DNA of 62,229 nt, the filler included, from Dirinaria sp. TL-2023a (taxonomy: Eukaryota): NCBI GenBank assembly GCA_051941275.1. It is 5 parts of 5 records of this genome, joined end to end, with 100 filler letters (N's around TTAATTAATTAA, not from the genome) between each part and the next. Parts side by side here need not be neighbours in the genome. Positions count along the whole stretch, not along the records: positions 25,033 to 37,387 come from JAVEBF010000770.1; positions 37,488 to 49,832 come from JAVEBF010000771.1; 3 more parts are not named here. One strand, written 5' to 3'. Positions 34,698-47,300 of this stretch are shown here, in pieces. The notes below the pieces were generated by a model. It was not told the origin of the DNA. It searched no databases and was given only the letters and a program-made list of their open reading frames with translations. Position 1 is the stretch's first letter. Every line of letters starts with the position of its first letter. The position numbers and the translations under genes were made by a program.

Positions 34698-36507
34698 ATG
34701 TGCGAGCAAGGCAAGATTACCACCTGCACCATGGGCCCTGGAATTACTTCCATCCCGTGCTGGCAAAACGTCCGAGTGCTCTTCATTCTATCAATTTGTT
34801 CCTCAATCACTATGTCGACTGCTACTAGCAACCTCGACCCGTGTTCGATACTTGCCACCGAACTTCCCGGCAAGGTTTCCTTCCCAAATCAAGCGGCATA
34901 CGAGACCTCTAAGAACTCGTACTTCTTCCAACAGGCACGGCTATCGCCCGAATGCATAGTCTCGCCCAGTAGAACCGCTGAAGTGGCTTTAATCATCAAA
35001 ACTCTGAATGCGCTCCGCAGCCAAAACGTTTCTTCACCGACCGTAGCCGTTCGAGGTGGAGGCCATACGCCGTTCAGTGGCGCTGCCAATGTTGATAATG
35101 GTGTCACCATCGACCTCAGTCATATCAATGACGTTGAATTGGTCAATCCCAGTGATCTCTCAGCTTCGAATCTGGTCGACAGTCCATCCGGCACCTCTTT
35201 ACCAGCTAATTACTCGTCAAAGTCTCCGGAGGCCCAAGCACAGATTGGCAAACCTGATACCTTCATTGTATCTGTTGGCGGAGGAGCAAATTGGGGCGAT
35301 GTCTACACAAAGTTGCAACCCTTCAACATCGTCCCCGTTGGGGGCCGCGGCTTGACCCTTGGGGTGGGAGGCCTGCTTACAGGAGGTAGTCGCGCAGAAG
35401 CCCCCAGTGACCCAGGCTTTTTGTAACCCTTACTGACGGCTCCAGGTGGTATCTCCTTCTTTAGCCCGGTGAAGGGCTTTGCATGTGACAATGTCGTCAA
35501 TATGGAAGTCGTGCTTGCAGATGGCTCCATCGTCAATACAAACGCCAAAGCGCATCCCGATCTCTTCAAGGCTCTGAAAGGCGGCTCCAACAATTTCGGC
35601 ATCGTCACCAGGTTTGATTTGCAAGCTTACTCCCAGGGCGATTCCTGGGGCGGCTTCATCTCGTTTCCCTCAAGCACGATCCCGCAGCAGCTCTCCGCGT
35701 TTTCATCCTTTATGCGAAGCACGAAGTCTGACCCTTATGGGAGCGTGATCTGTGCTATTGGATTCATAGGCGCGTATCAGATGACTGTTGCGTCCATTGG
35801 TCTTCACTACACGAAAGCAATCGAGAATCCGGCTCTTTTCCAACCGTTCACTTCTATCCAGCCTCAGCTCAAGAGCACCGTAAGGATTGCCAATAATTTA
35901 GACTTCGTGACTGAGGTCGAGGCGAACCAGGCGCTAAATTCTCGGTGAGCATGCCTCCCCAGATCGCTATCATTTCATCTCTTTGCGTTCCTGCTTGAAT
36001 GGGGGGGCTTTTTTTTGATGACCTGCTTCTGGCAGAGGTATCTACGAAAACACAGTTTTCCACCACTCAGACCAAATCATCAACGATATCTACCAACTGT
36101 GGAGCTCGACCGTAGACGCCATAAAAGCTGTCTCCGGCGTGGCTTACTTCCTGATCTTCCAGCGCTTACCGCTTATCCAAACCGGAGTCAATCCCCTCGG
36201 GTTGGACGACGCAGTCCACGATGATCCGATGGTGGTGTTGGTGCTTTCGGTGACGTGGACGGAAGCACAGGATGATGCCACGGTCAAGACTGTCACGCAG
36301 GCTTTGATAGAGCGTATCGATCAGGCTACGAAGGCTGCGGGGCTGTTTCGGGAGTTTAAATATCTGAACTATGCCGCTGGATTTCAGGATCCGATCGCGT
36401 CGTATGGGAGTAAGAATGTGGGGTTTTTGCAGGCTGTTAGTCGCGAGTATGATCCTACGGGGTTCTTTCAGAGGAGTGTTCCGGGAGGTTTCAAGTTGTT
36501 CAGATAG
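34698..36507 (+). CDS. FAD-binding (PCMH/BBE-type) oxidoreductase, probably secreted
   Basis: AVRGGGH covalent-FAD motif, GVGGLLTGGG.SF, ACDNV..MEVVLADG, DLFKALKGGSNNFGIVTRF, YLNYA..QDPI.SYG and YDP.GFFQ..VPGGFKL. Start codon uncertain. Confidence 0.92.
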
Positions 36508-37387
36508 TTTCTCAAGCATAGCGGCTCGAGGGAATTGCATTTGCTACGACTTCGTCAATATATTAGCTTTATAACATCATAAAGGATTCGTCTCTCTCTC
36601 TCTCTCTCCCCGCCCCCGCTAATCCGCCTCTAGAGATTCAAAGCGTCTTTCTTCTACTCGAACCGACTCCTGAACCACCTTGTCCGGAAAACGCCTGATA
36701 GTCCAGCGAGCCACACGGACGATATTCGGCTTCTGAGCCGCACTAATACGTTTCGTCACATTTCGTGCATCTCCATCATCCGCGTGGAGTAAGACGAGCA
36801 AATAGACTTCTGTGGCGAGCACAAGTTCAATGCGCGTTGCAGATCATGATGCATATTCAAAAACTCCTCACGCACGACCAATGTTAACGAAATGCGTTGC
36901 TATGCATTAGAACCTATGTAGTCTAAGTCTGAGTAGGGCCATCTGGGGTCGCACGGCTGAGCAAGGCAACAGCAATGCTGGCACGAGCACCCACCGCATG
37001 TAGGATTATGTGGGAACTTCCGAGACAATCACGACCTCATCCCGATGCTGGAGTGATGAGCAAATGTCATTTTTATTTTCAACTCAACGATTGCCTCAAT
37101 CATGTATCTGACGGGGCATCAACAACGACATAGTGTAGAAGATAATGTACTTGGTAGAATATATTTAAGGTCATGTATTTATGGATCTGTTATAAGATGA
37201 GTACTGTGATGAGGATGTTAGAAGCTATGCACTAACCCTAATCGGGAGACACGCCTCCGTGCACGGTCGCAATGGGAAAAATTCGATCATGCAGTATGCA
37301 GAACCCACCTTATGAAGTAGGTATGCAGTGCATCACGTCTATGAGTCAACAGTTTTGACGGGGTCGAAAGATGTAGGTGGTGGTGGT

Positions 37388-37487
37388 NNNNNNNNNNNNN
37401 NNNNNNNNNNNNNNNNNNNNNNNNNNNNNNNTTAATTAATTAANNNNNNNNNNNNNNNNNNNNNNNNNNNNNNNNNNNNNNNNNNNN
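37388..37487. other. Artificial contig linker
   Basis: N44-TTAATTAATTAA-N44. Confidence 0.98.
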
Positions 37488-37971
37488 CCCCTCTCCCTCT
37501 CTCCTGAAGGAGACAAAAGACTGAGTAAGAAAGGTGGAAACACAAAATGCATTGATTTTTAGGGATTATTGTTTTCCTCCCCTGTACGGCAGCACCACTC
37601 AACGCCACCTTTCATGGCCCGTGTCTAAGGTATGTACAGTTGTGCGCCTTGCGCGGTTCTATGAAGAGCTCTCCAGGCGAGCAACCATTGGCTGTCTTAT
37701 GATCTTTTTCCCAAAAAGTGAAACGCCACTCCTGCAAAATCTGGTGAAGTTATTGTACACAAGAGCGATCGAGGCGCTGATGCAAGCTTGTGACGAGCCG
37801 TCAAGGCTACGGAAGAATTAGATTATAAGGGTCGTGGTTACTGGGTCATTCCTAATAGGACAGGGAGCGCCGATATCTGGTAATGCTGGATAGATAGATG
37901 ATTAGAGATTGGCGAGCACAGCGTGGTCAGTGGTCTGAGAAAAGCGATGATGAAATCGCTTGCAAGGTGTT

Positions 37972-40229
37972 TCAGGCTTTGCAGCCGTTGACTAAAGTGT
38001 TCTTCGGCCATGAATGGTGAGTGTTCTCCCTAGATTTCTCGTTAGTAGGGGATGAATTACGGCGACGGGGTGACTCACCACCGTGTGATATTTGGATTCG
38101 TGTATGCAACTGCATGATCCCGTATGTATGCCAAGGTTGGGTAATCAGGAGGATCGCAGCTCATAGAGGATGAGTCCGAGTTCTCGGGCTGATAGATGCG
38201 AACATAGTCGAAGCGCATCGTTGCCGGTAACAAAGGTGCAATACCGGTGTAGTTAATAGCTGAGAAACCATTGGCCATTCCGAAGTTCATCACGACAGCC
38301 ATTGGTTCCATGGGTATGGTCCGTTGCCCAATATTCCCATTGGGACCGATGGCTCGAGCATCTAGCTTCCAGGTTTTGGCATCCCCCACGGACCACACAA
38401 TTTCACCTTTTGGACCTGGGGTGTATTCAAAACTGTATGTTTGATATGCATTACCGTCATACCAATCATTGTTTAAATTTGTCATGCCGGACATGGCTTG
38501 TTGAAATGGCGCTCCTTGGTATGAATTCAAGGAGCTGATAGAGGGGTCATAAAACTCCATGAATTCTAGGCAGTCATTAGCATTGCCTAAATGGGCCGCA
38601 AATCGAAGGAGGACTTACCAGTATTCGGTTGATACCAGACGTCGAACGGAGCAATCTGACAACTCTGCGACGCTCCTCCAATCATGTTTGTGGATCCTTG
38701 TGGACCCAACGTGAGAACGCTCGCTTCGATGACATCGATTTCGGGTGCCGACCGCGATTTTCCAGGCGAAGGATGGTCCTCACCTTGGCAAGTACAAGCC
38801 GGCAGTCGCATACCTGGAAGATAGCTGATGCCGTCTGTCTGGCTTTGGTTAGCGGTGATGCCAGCATCACATCCGTCGTAGTAGCTATAAGGCCAGAGCC
38901 CATCGGTAGTAGCGGCGTAACCGGGCCTTCCCAAATTGCCCATTGCCCAAAAGCCAGGCCAGAATCCTACAGTGTCTCCCCTTCCAGGCAGCGATATGGA
39001 CGCCTCCAACATGCCACCTGTGAAGCAAGTCTTGTTCCAAGACTGTAGCATTCCAGAGCGGTAGTTGAGACCGTGGTTTTGGAAGGCATCAAATCGAATT
39101 TCCAATGTGCCATTATTTGTGGTCACCGCATCTGGGTCGTACCACTCGGAGATTGTCAGTACCAAAGTCACAGTATATTGCGGAGGCACGGCTCACCTCC
39201 AAATCTTGCGTCACACCATACCATATGTCCATGGCTTGGAAGTAGGGGTCGTCCCCTGGGTAGAATGATCGGCCGTCTGTATTGAACTCATCCGAAAACT
39301 ACAAATTCATTAGCCTTTTTGTCCACCAGGTGACTTGTTAAGCCTACGGTTAACTGTAATGTCGACCCATCCGCAGCCTTTTTTGTATGCGCACTTTTCG
39401 GTGTGTCGGGATCGATAAGGTTTGTCCGCGTGTTCTTGAGGAGAGGGACTCTGCCATTACCAATACAGTCCGGATTTGATTTGCAGGGATCGGGTGGATC
39501 TGTATATCTCCGGACGAATGTACTGTCCGCTGTTGTGTCAGCTATAAAACTTCAGTGGAGGCCGCACGTGTCTACGTACAGTATGGGGTAGCCAATGAAC
39601 AAAACCAGTAATCCGAGCGTAAGAAACGTGAGACCTCCAACGTTGGCCAACCCTCTTTTAGTGAAAATATCGCACTCGCGTTTCTTCTCATCGTTGGGGT
39701 CTGGGTTGTGCAGCCAATCGTCCTTCTCTACATCTTCTGGGAACAATAAGAGGCCTGCGGTTGGTGTAATGTTGTACTTCTCCGAAACCGTCTGCGTATT
39801 GACATTGTCATCGTCACTTCCGGATCTCGACGGCGCCCTTGAATCTCCGAACGGGTTCATGCCGTATACCCTACTATCTCGACTTTGTCCGTCCGAGCTC
39901 CAACTTGTCCGCCGTGATTGAGGATAGGTTGGCGAACCAGGCAATGATTCTTCATCTCGAAACCGATGCGTTCTCGACTTTGAAGATGGAGGTAATAGCG
40001 ATGCAGCAGATTCCTGATGGCCGGTACTGTACAGATTGGTCAATCCAGGATTGTTACGTGTTGAGGGTGCAGTCGGCGGCCTTTGAGGGATGAGGGATCG
40101 AGAAGAAGTCTGCCGACTAGGCCCTAATGGCTGATTGTTGGAGGCGTCATTGGTGAGAAGATCCTCTTGCCCTGAGTTGAGCCTGATATGCGGCGGATTG
40201 CGCAACGGAGGGGACGGAGATTCAGGCAT
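37972..40229 (-). CDS. KRE6: Beta-1,6-glucan synthesis-associated GH16 protein (Kre6/Skn1)
   Basis: [13 protein letters not shown] segment ending [52 protein letters not shown] catalytic motif, [10 protein letters not shown] and C-terminal WPKN.L..GC. Confidence 0.95.
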
Positions 40230-41058
40230 GTCAGAGGATAGGTAAAGACAAGTCGTTTTTCGTGAAGAGCCGGCGAGGGACAGAGGGAGTCGAAGTATGA
40301 GGATGCTCCAGGCGGAGTCGATGGATAAAGGTGTAGAATAAAACTTAACAACGCGATAGGGGAGCTGCTATGATTACCACTATCCTTCCCCTAGCCTCCC
40401 CTCGTGATCTTCTTGAACTTCGCTCAATAGTGAAGACGAGAAGATGAATGCAATCGTCGCTCCTGTCAAAGTATTGGGGAGGGTTCTGGAGAACCTCTCC
40501 AGTGTGCGAAAAAAAGAGCAGTGGCCGGGGCCAACAGGGATGTCGACCTCCCAAGTGAAAGGGGAATGCAGTCAAATAATTTGCCAAACGAGTGGATGGG
40601 TATATGATTTGGCTGATGCCGACCCAATGTCGTTGGAGTGTGAAAAGATTGACTGGAGGAAAGGCGAGAACCTGCCAGGCTTTGGCAGGCGAAGAAGGGA
40701 TGTTGTGGAGGAGGGAAGGTTGCTTGAAGGTGAGGTGAGTTGAGGGTGCTAACTGCTAAGGTGCTTGTTCCTCTGGGTCTTGGCGATCTGCCAGACTGCC
40801 GTAGCCTGTACGGGAGTACGTAGTAGTAGGTACGAAGCAAAGTAAATGGGAAAGTCAACGGGCGTATTGGATTACATAATCACTCAACCTCCTTAATTCT
40901 TAATCCTTATTCCTTCCCCCGTCCTTCCAGCTTCCACCTATTTTTACCTGCAGGGCCCGTACGGATACGCCTCATCCAATTAGCCCCCGAGGCCCCCCTT
41001 CGACCACTTCCTTGACTTGCCACTAGTCGACTTCGGTCAACGAGCATTATTACTACAG

Positions 41059-41095
41059 TACCTTACCTTACCTACCTTACTACCTACTTACTACC
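41059..41095 (+). repeat. (TACCT/CCTTA)n degenerate microsatellite
   Basis: TACCTTACCTTACCTACCTTACTACCTACTTACTACC. Confidence 0.8.
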
Positions 41096-41324
41096 TCACC
41101 TTGCCCGGTCACATTTGCCTTCACTTGGGCAGTGGGTATAACTACATCAACATCTAGCTTATCTTACACGACCTTATCATCGTGACGCGTCTCTACGGAG
41201 GCGGTGATCTCAGCCGTTGAGAAAAAGTCTTACGTGGATGGATGGGCACATGCTTTGTTGAAAGCTTTGCTACCTTATACTGCCGGTGGCGTACCTCCGT
41301 ACCAAAGTATGGCATCCAGGCATC

Positions 41325-41852
41325 CTAGCTTTCGACAGCCTTCGCCTTCATCCCTACGATCTTTTGGCCTGTACGGTCAAATCCCACTACAAAGTACTCT
41401 GCCCTCGTTCTCCCATGACCTATACGGTATACCCTTGCCTTCCCATCTCCTGCCTCCTCAACTGCCTGCAATACATTTCGGTACTGTCCCTTCGGATCAA
41501 ATTCCTCTACCTCCACTGTGGTCACCTCAGAGCCATGTCCGATGAGATCGCGAAATTCATCTAGCGTTAGTACATCAGCGTATTTTTCCACCTACGCTAT
41601 TAGGTGCGTCAACGTTAATCTGATTGACGTACTCTCTGAGGGCATGTTGCTCCCGCTCCACTTCAGACTAACCGGCTCAAATGGTTCGTCGGCATCTGAA
41701 ACGTAGAATTGTTCCACCTGTTGTAATGAGACCGGCACGTCGGTGTCAGTCGTTTTTGTTGATGCCGGAGCAGGCTTGGTGGTGGCTTTGGTCGCGCCCG
41801 TGTCCTGGTTGGCCTGGTCCAGGAAAGAGCTGTAGGCTTCATCGGAAGCCAT
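41325..41852 (-). CDS. Small acidic protein (151 aa, 2 exons), Nuclease A inhibitor (NuiA)-like
   Basis: Exons 41852-41633 and 41560-41325 (GTACGT...CTAAC...TAG intron). FYVSDADEPFEPVSLKWSG and RVYRIG...EYFVVG.....IVGMKAKAVES* match the NuiA pattern as recalled. Confidence 0.75.
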
Positions 41853-42618
41853 TGTTGCTGTCGGGAAGGCGCCAGACCGCAGTTTACATGGAGAAAATGC
41901 ACTGAGCCTCGAGCGCAAGGGTGAAGGTCTGATACAATGATAGATGAAGCGTATGCGTGCAACTTTCTGGATCATCGAGATGACGCACTGGTGGCCAGGC
42001 AAGCTGCCGCGTGGGCGCCTGGATGGAGCTCGTATTAGCCCAGGCTTGGCACGATCTAGTCCATCCATACGGAGAGCGATGGAACGGGCATCACCATCAG
42101 AGCTTCTGGCTAGCGCGCCGACCGCCACTAGTGCCCCAACTGAAGGTCGCTCTGGAGACCAATAGTAAACCGCCCAAAAGGGTAAATCACTAGAGGTCAA
42201 CTTAGTGCATCTACAGTAGTAATACCTAGTAGGTAAGTCAGGGATTGCGCTGAAAATGGGAGCGTAACTTCGTAAGAAGCATGCAGACGAGCTCGACATA
42301 GTCATATCTCGGATCTATTCAGGTCACCCGTAACACTCGTATTTCAACTGTCTTGGTAGGAATTGGGTGGGAAAGATGTCAATCATGTCAAAAGAGGCAT
42401 TCTTGAGATTACTTTTGTATGATGTTGCCCCATACCTTACGAGGACCTACGAGTGCATGCGGAATCGTCTTCACAACTAGAATGCTCAGCGAATGGCCAG
42501 TGGCCAGTCATCGGTCCATAGTCCATTGCTAACTAGGTCGCGAGAGGCGGAACAGTTCTCAAATTGTCAGAGGTCGGTAGCAAGCCGCAACAACCACAAA
42601 GTCGGCCCATAACAAGCA

Positions 42619-43964
42619 TTACGCAGTACTTACGAGATCCTTCTTGAGAGTACCTAAGGACGCACGCTATAAGAAAAAAGGTCAGCAAAAGTCACTCTCA
42701 TTGCGCGGTTCAGTGGGAAAGTATAGGTACCTTCTCTGCTGCAGTCTGATATGCTCCGTGACCAAACTTCGACGAGGTGTCAATCCACTTGAGTTCAACC
42801 TTCTCCAGTGCCCTTCGACTGGTGTGCGTAAACATCGACTTTCGCAGGGTCATGATCCGCTTCTTGACACCAGGTACCGAGCCTTTCAGAAGGATGAAGT
42901 CGTTCTTAACTTCGCCGTACCGAACGAAGCCGCCCATACTAGGCGAACATTAGCAAAGCCCAGAAATCATAAAATCGGGCTACGTACGGGGTGATTTGTT
43001 TCTTTGAGGCATCAAATTCCGTTGAAGCATTGTCCTCTGCTGCGCCACTGCCAATGCGATAAACTTTGTGGTTGACAGAGGTACGGTGATGATAGCCGTC
43101 TTGACCGGCGCGAGCGACAGTCCACTGAACATGGGAAGGATGCCACGCTCCAATACAAGCAACCTTTCGGAGACCTTTATGTGTCTTTCGTGGCAACTTC
43201 TTTGTACCCCATCTGCTTGTGACACCTTGGAATCCATGGCCTTTCGTGACTGCAATACAATCAATCATCTCATCCTGCTCGAAAATCGTGTTGATTTCAA
43301 CTGGCTTCTCGAATAGCCCCTGAGCGTAATCAACTTTGTCGGCAACACTTCCACCATTGATTTGAATCTCCATAAGGTGTGCCTTCTTCTGCTTCAGAGG
43401 AGTCTTGCGGATCTGAGTGTGGGCTAGAACGCGAACGACTGTGCAGTACTTCTTGATGCGTTCAAGTTCACGGTTGATAGGCTGACCGGCGTTCTCGGCG
43501 TGCTTCTTGGCGTATTTCGTGAAGGCCTTCTTCTTCGACTTGTACCAATTTTTGTAGAAGCGACGTTTGACTTCGTCACTCAGGTGTTCAGCCCAGACAG
43601 TAGTCAGAGAGCGAAGGCCGCGAGGCGTTTCGATGTAGCCAACAAGACCAACAACAATCATCTGGACACCAAGGGTAAGCAACGCGGTCTTTGGTATGAA
43701 GCAGTGATGTCTTACAGGGGGAGTCTCAATGACAGTGACCGCTTCCACAATCTCTTTCTTGTGCATTTTGGCACCCGGACGGTCGAGATCGCGGACAATG
43801 GTTGTCATGCCAGCTTTATACCCCATAGCTGCCGTAAGGTGGACGGGCTCTTTGGGGTTATCTTTGGGGAAGGATTTGACTCGGCCTCGATGGCGAGCAG
43901 CTCGCTTTCGAGGCAAGAAGGCCAACGAGCCATGTCGCGGTGCCTCAAACTTCCGGTGAGACAT
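42619..43964 (-). CDS. RPL3: 60S ribosomal protein L3 (uL3), 4 exons
   Basis: [63 protein letters not shown] and GTLKKDL. Confidence 0.98.
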
Positions 43965-44300
43965 CTCGATGGAGGGTAAAAGTGCTGCTAGCAAAGCACT
44001 GTAAACCGAGATTTGTGGTTTGTGCGATCGCTAAGTGATTATACGATTGAGCTAGGACGAGAATAGTTAGACGCTAGGTGTGGTCTACGCTAGCCCCTCG
44101 GCCCTACCACCTCCGACCTCGGCAAGATCGCGGAATCGAGCCGCGGGCTTAACTTTAGGCTCCTAAGCTCCTAAGGTAAGGTACTCGTACTCATCCTGAC
44201 TCCCATTGCCTATCTTCACGTCACTGCTTCCCGGTTATTATGGGCTCAACAGGATCGCGTTTACTTCTGAACTATTGGAGCTCCGTAGGCTATTTGCAGA
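43965..44300. promoter_or_regulatory. Short divergent promoter region between RPL3 and the SNF2 gene
   Basis: ~336 bp between head-to-head start codons. Contains CTCCTAAG x2 and AAGGTAAGGTA. Confidence 0.5.
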
Positions 44301-47300
44301 ATGGCTTCGAGCATCCACCAGCTGCAAGGGAGCGAGGAAGTCGCATGGACTTCGGGGAAGTGCTCGACTCAAGCTCAGGTTCGGTGACCCCGATCCCTTT
44401 ATGCTTACCAGATTCTCACAAAGCTGTTCAATCCCCCATTTAGTCCAATCCTTGCCGATGTACTGCTAGATCGCTAACGCCACGCACTTCTAGTACAGGG
44501 TAAAGCCAGATAAGGATCCTAAAGCTCGCAAACGGTTTCTTGACGACCTTAACAACTATGTTGCTGTGGGTAGCTTACTCCTGATTGCGAACGGCGATGA
44601 TACCTCCGATCAGTCACCTTTCTCAGACGAGTGGTTGGAGTCCATTGGCATTTTTGACCGGGGCCCTTCCATTTTCAACCTGCTCCCTTCGGAAGAAAAG
44701 CTGGAGCCCACTAAATATACGGGTCCAATTTGCAGCCACCAGGATAAATTACTCATTCGGGACTTGCTAGCGTTACGTTGGATAAGAGTATTTGTGAAAC
44801 GCTGCAAAGCTTCTTCATTTGCAACCATTCGAGTCTACGTCCTTCCAGACGATGTCGGACGACGGTACATTGAGAGGAACGACTGGAAAGAGAGCTCGCG
44901 AACGCAGCTTAGGAATATTCTTGCAAGACTTGACATTTCTAATGAGTCTTGGCAAGGATACCACCCGATCGATAACAATGGATGGAAGACGCGAGCTATC
45001 ACAGATTATACGAAAAATGCTGAATCTGAAGGCTCCTTGTTCTATCTATTCAACACGATCGACGCTCCGGACCCAACAAGGCTGAAAGTCGACTGCCCGT
45101 TCTCTCGTCTTGCTATCGCCTCTATCCTCGATAGCTCGATCAATGGAAAGGGGCTCTGCACGGAGTTGTACCATTTTCAAAAGCGAAGCGCAGCTACCAT
45201 GATCCAGCGAGAGGTTCGTGGCTTTACTCCATGCTCGTCATCCTCCGTTACATTGTAGAAGTTTGCCAATCCTGCATCTTCCAGAGCCATATTACTCAGC
45301 CAAAATTTTACACCCCTATAGCTTTTAGCCTTACTTAGAAAAGACATGTTGACTCCGTAAGCTTTAGGTCCAACCGGCACATGCGCTTGATCCCCGCCTA
45401 GAACCTATCAAAGGTCCCTTGGGAAATACTTTCTACTATGACAAAGCGTCAGGTGGCTTATGCAGTGACAGGCGCACTTACGAGGAGGCATGCGGTGGGA
45501 TCCTGGGCGAGACTATGGGGTTTGGTAAAACGTTGATTTGTCTGGCGGTTGTCCTCGCCACCAAGGGTCATTGGCCAGAAGTACCACCCGAGTACTCTTT
45601 AGACCGTCATCCAGTTCGAGACAAAGTAGGAACGCTGGCGGAGATGGCTGCATCTGCTATTGGCCGCGCAAGAATACCATGGAGGACCCATTTTCAGGAC
45701 CTAGCTAAAGCTGGAGAATATCACGATCGGTGTATCGCACTTCTTGAGCAGAACATTAGTTCATACATCATTCCTTCATCCCAGGCGCGGCCAAGTCGCA
45801 ACGTATCGACTGCTGCGACGCTGCAGAGAATACGACTATGCGCTGCTACGCTCATCGTAGTGCCGTTAAATCTTTTTACTCAATGGCAGAATGAAATTAG
45901 CGCTCATGTCGAAGAGGACACGCTTACCATCCTAGCTGTACAAGCACTAGATACACCATTTCCTTCTAGTGATGAACTACTAAATTGCGACATCGTACTC
46001 ATATCTAAAGAAAGATTCGAGCGAGAGATGAAGCCGCTTGAGATAAATCCGACAACATCGAAAAAGAGTGTCCAATGTGTTTGTCCCTCGACGGGTAATT
46101 GTTCTTGTGCTGCAGCTGGGCCAAATTATCACTCCGCGTTGAGGAAATTGCACTTTCTACGAATCATTGTTGATGAAGGGCATCAATTTGCTTCTTCTGG
46201 CGGAACCAATAACATGATGTGGGGCTTGCAGCGGCTTCGCGTCGATCGAAGGTGGATCGTCAGTGGGACACCTTCTGCTGGCCTTGTTGGGGCTGTAAGT
46301 TGCAATCAAGTTTCACCACCCGATGGTCTCGCTTGGGCAAAACCGCTAATTTTGTAAACATCAAGGATGTTGCTCTTGCAGCGAACGAGACGTCGAGCAC
46401 CACCGGAGCCAAAAATATCATATCAAACATTCAGGCCATAAAAATGAACTCGGAGCGCCTTCGGGAAGCATGGAAGCCTTCAAAAACACCGTACCAGACC
46501 CAGGCTTCCGAGCGACTTCAAGAGTACAAAGACCTTCAAAAGCTCGGGCGAATTGTTGTGGACTTCCTCAGAGTCAGACCTTGGGCCAACACAAGAGCTG
46601 AAGACCCAGCCTCATGGCAACAATATGTATTGCCCGCGAAGGACGGAGTCCGAAAGCCTACATCCCTTCGGGGTATCTTGGCGAGCTTAGTAGTTCGACA
46701 CCGCATAGAAGATATTGAGAAAGACATTCAACTTCCTGTTTTGCATAACAAGGTTGTCTATCTCGAACCAAGTTGGCACGATAAACTAAGCATTAATTTA
46801 TTCCTTTTAACTCTTACAGTAAACGCTGTAACTTCCGAACGATGCGACGAAGATTACATGTTTCATCCCAAGAATCGACAACAATTAAACAAGCTGATCA
46901 CAAACCTTCGTCAATCTGGGTTTTACTGGACAAGTGTCAACCCACACGATCTGGTCAAATCCCTGGAAATTGCCCAGAAGTACTTGGACGAGCCTGCTCA
47001 GAGTTTCAAGTCCTACTCAGGTCGAAAAAGCGAAGACCCAGAGTTGCTAAAACGAGCTTTAGCGATTGGCCAAACAGCACTTGGGTCGCCTTCGTGGTCC
47101 GCTTTTGCACTTTTGCACGAAATTGGTCTCTATGTGGAGAATTTTCCTCTGACAGCATGTGAACCGTGGTCTTTATTACAGTCGGGGTATTCAGAGCCAC
47201 TGCTCGTAGGGGCCACTCAGTTAGCTAAAGCGCAGAAATTTGTCGACTCTAACTTGTACGCTAGTGATCTAGAGCAGCGTCTTGCCCAAGAGGGCCAATC

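Noticed and set aside
36619..36822. 67-aa minus-strand ORF near the end of contig 3
   Set aside because: No motif, ATG start or convincing splice structure.
37233..37241. TAACCCTAA telomere-like sequence near a contig end
   Set aside because: Only ~1.5 units and not terminal.
41853..42305. N-terminal extension of the 237-aa ORF over the NuiA-like gene, and other antisense/shadow ORFs across the window
   Set aside because: Explained as open frames upstream of, or opposite, real exons; no independent coding signal.
13208..43964. Ribosomal-protein regulator FHL1 and RPL3 in one window as a regulon cluster
   Set aside because: They lie on different contigs separated by artificial linkers.
42619..43964. 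RPL3 as a self-resistance gene for the nearby P450 cluster
   Set aside because: It is on a different contig in a housekeeping context, and the IGAWHP tryptophan linked to trichothecene/anisomycin resistance is wild type.
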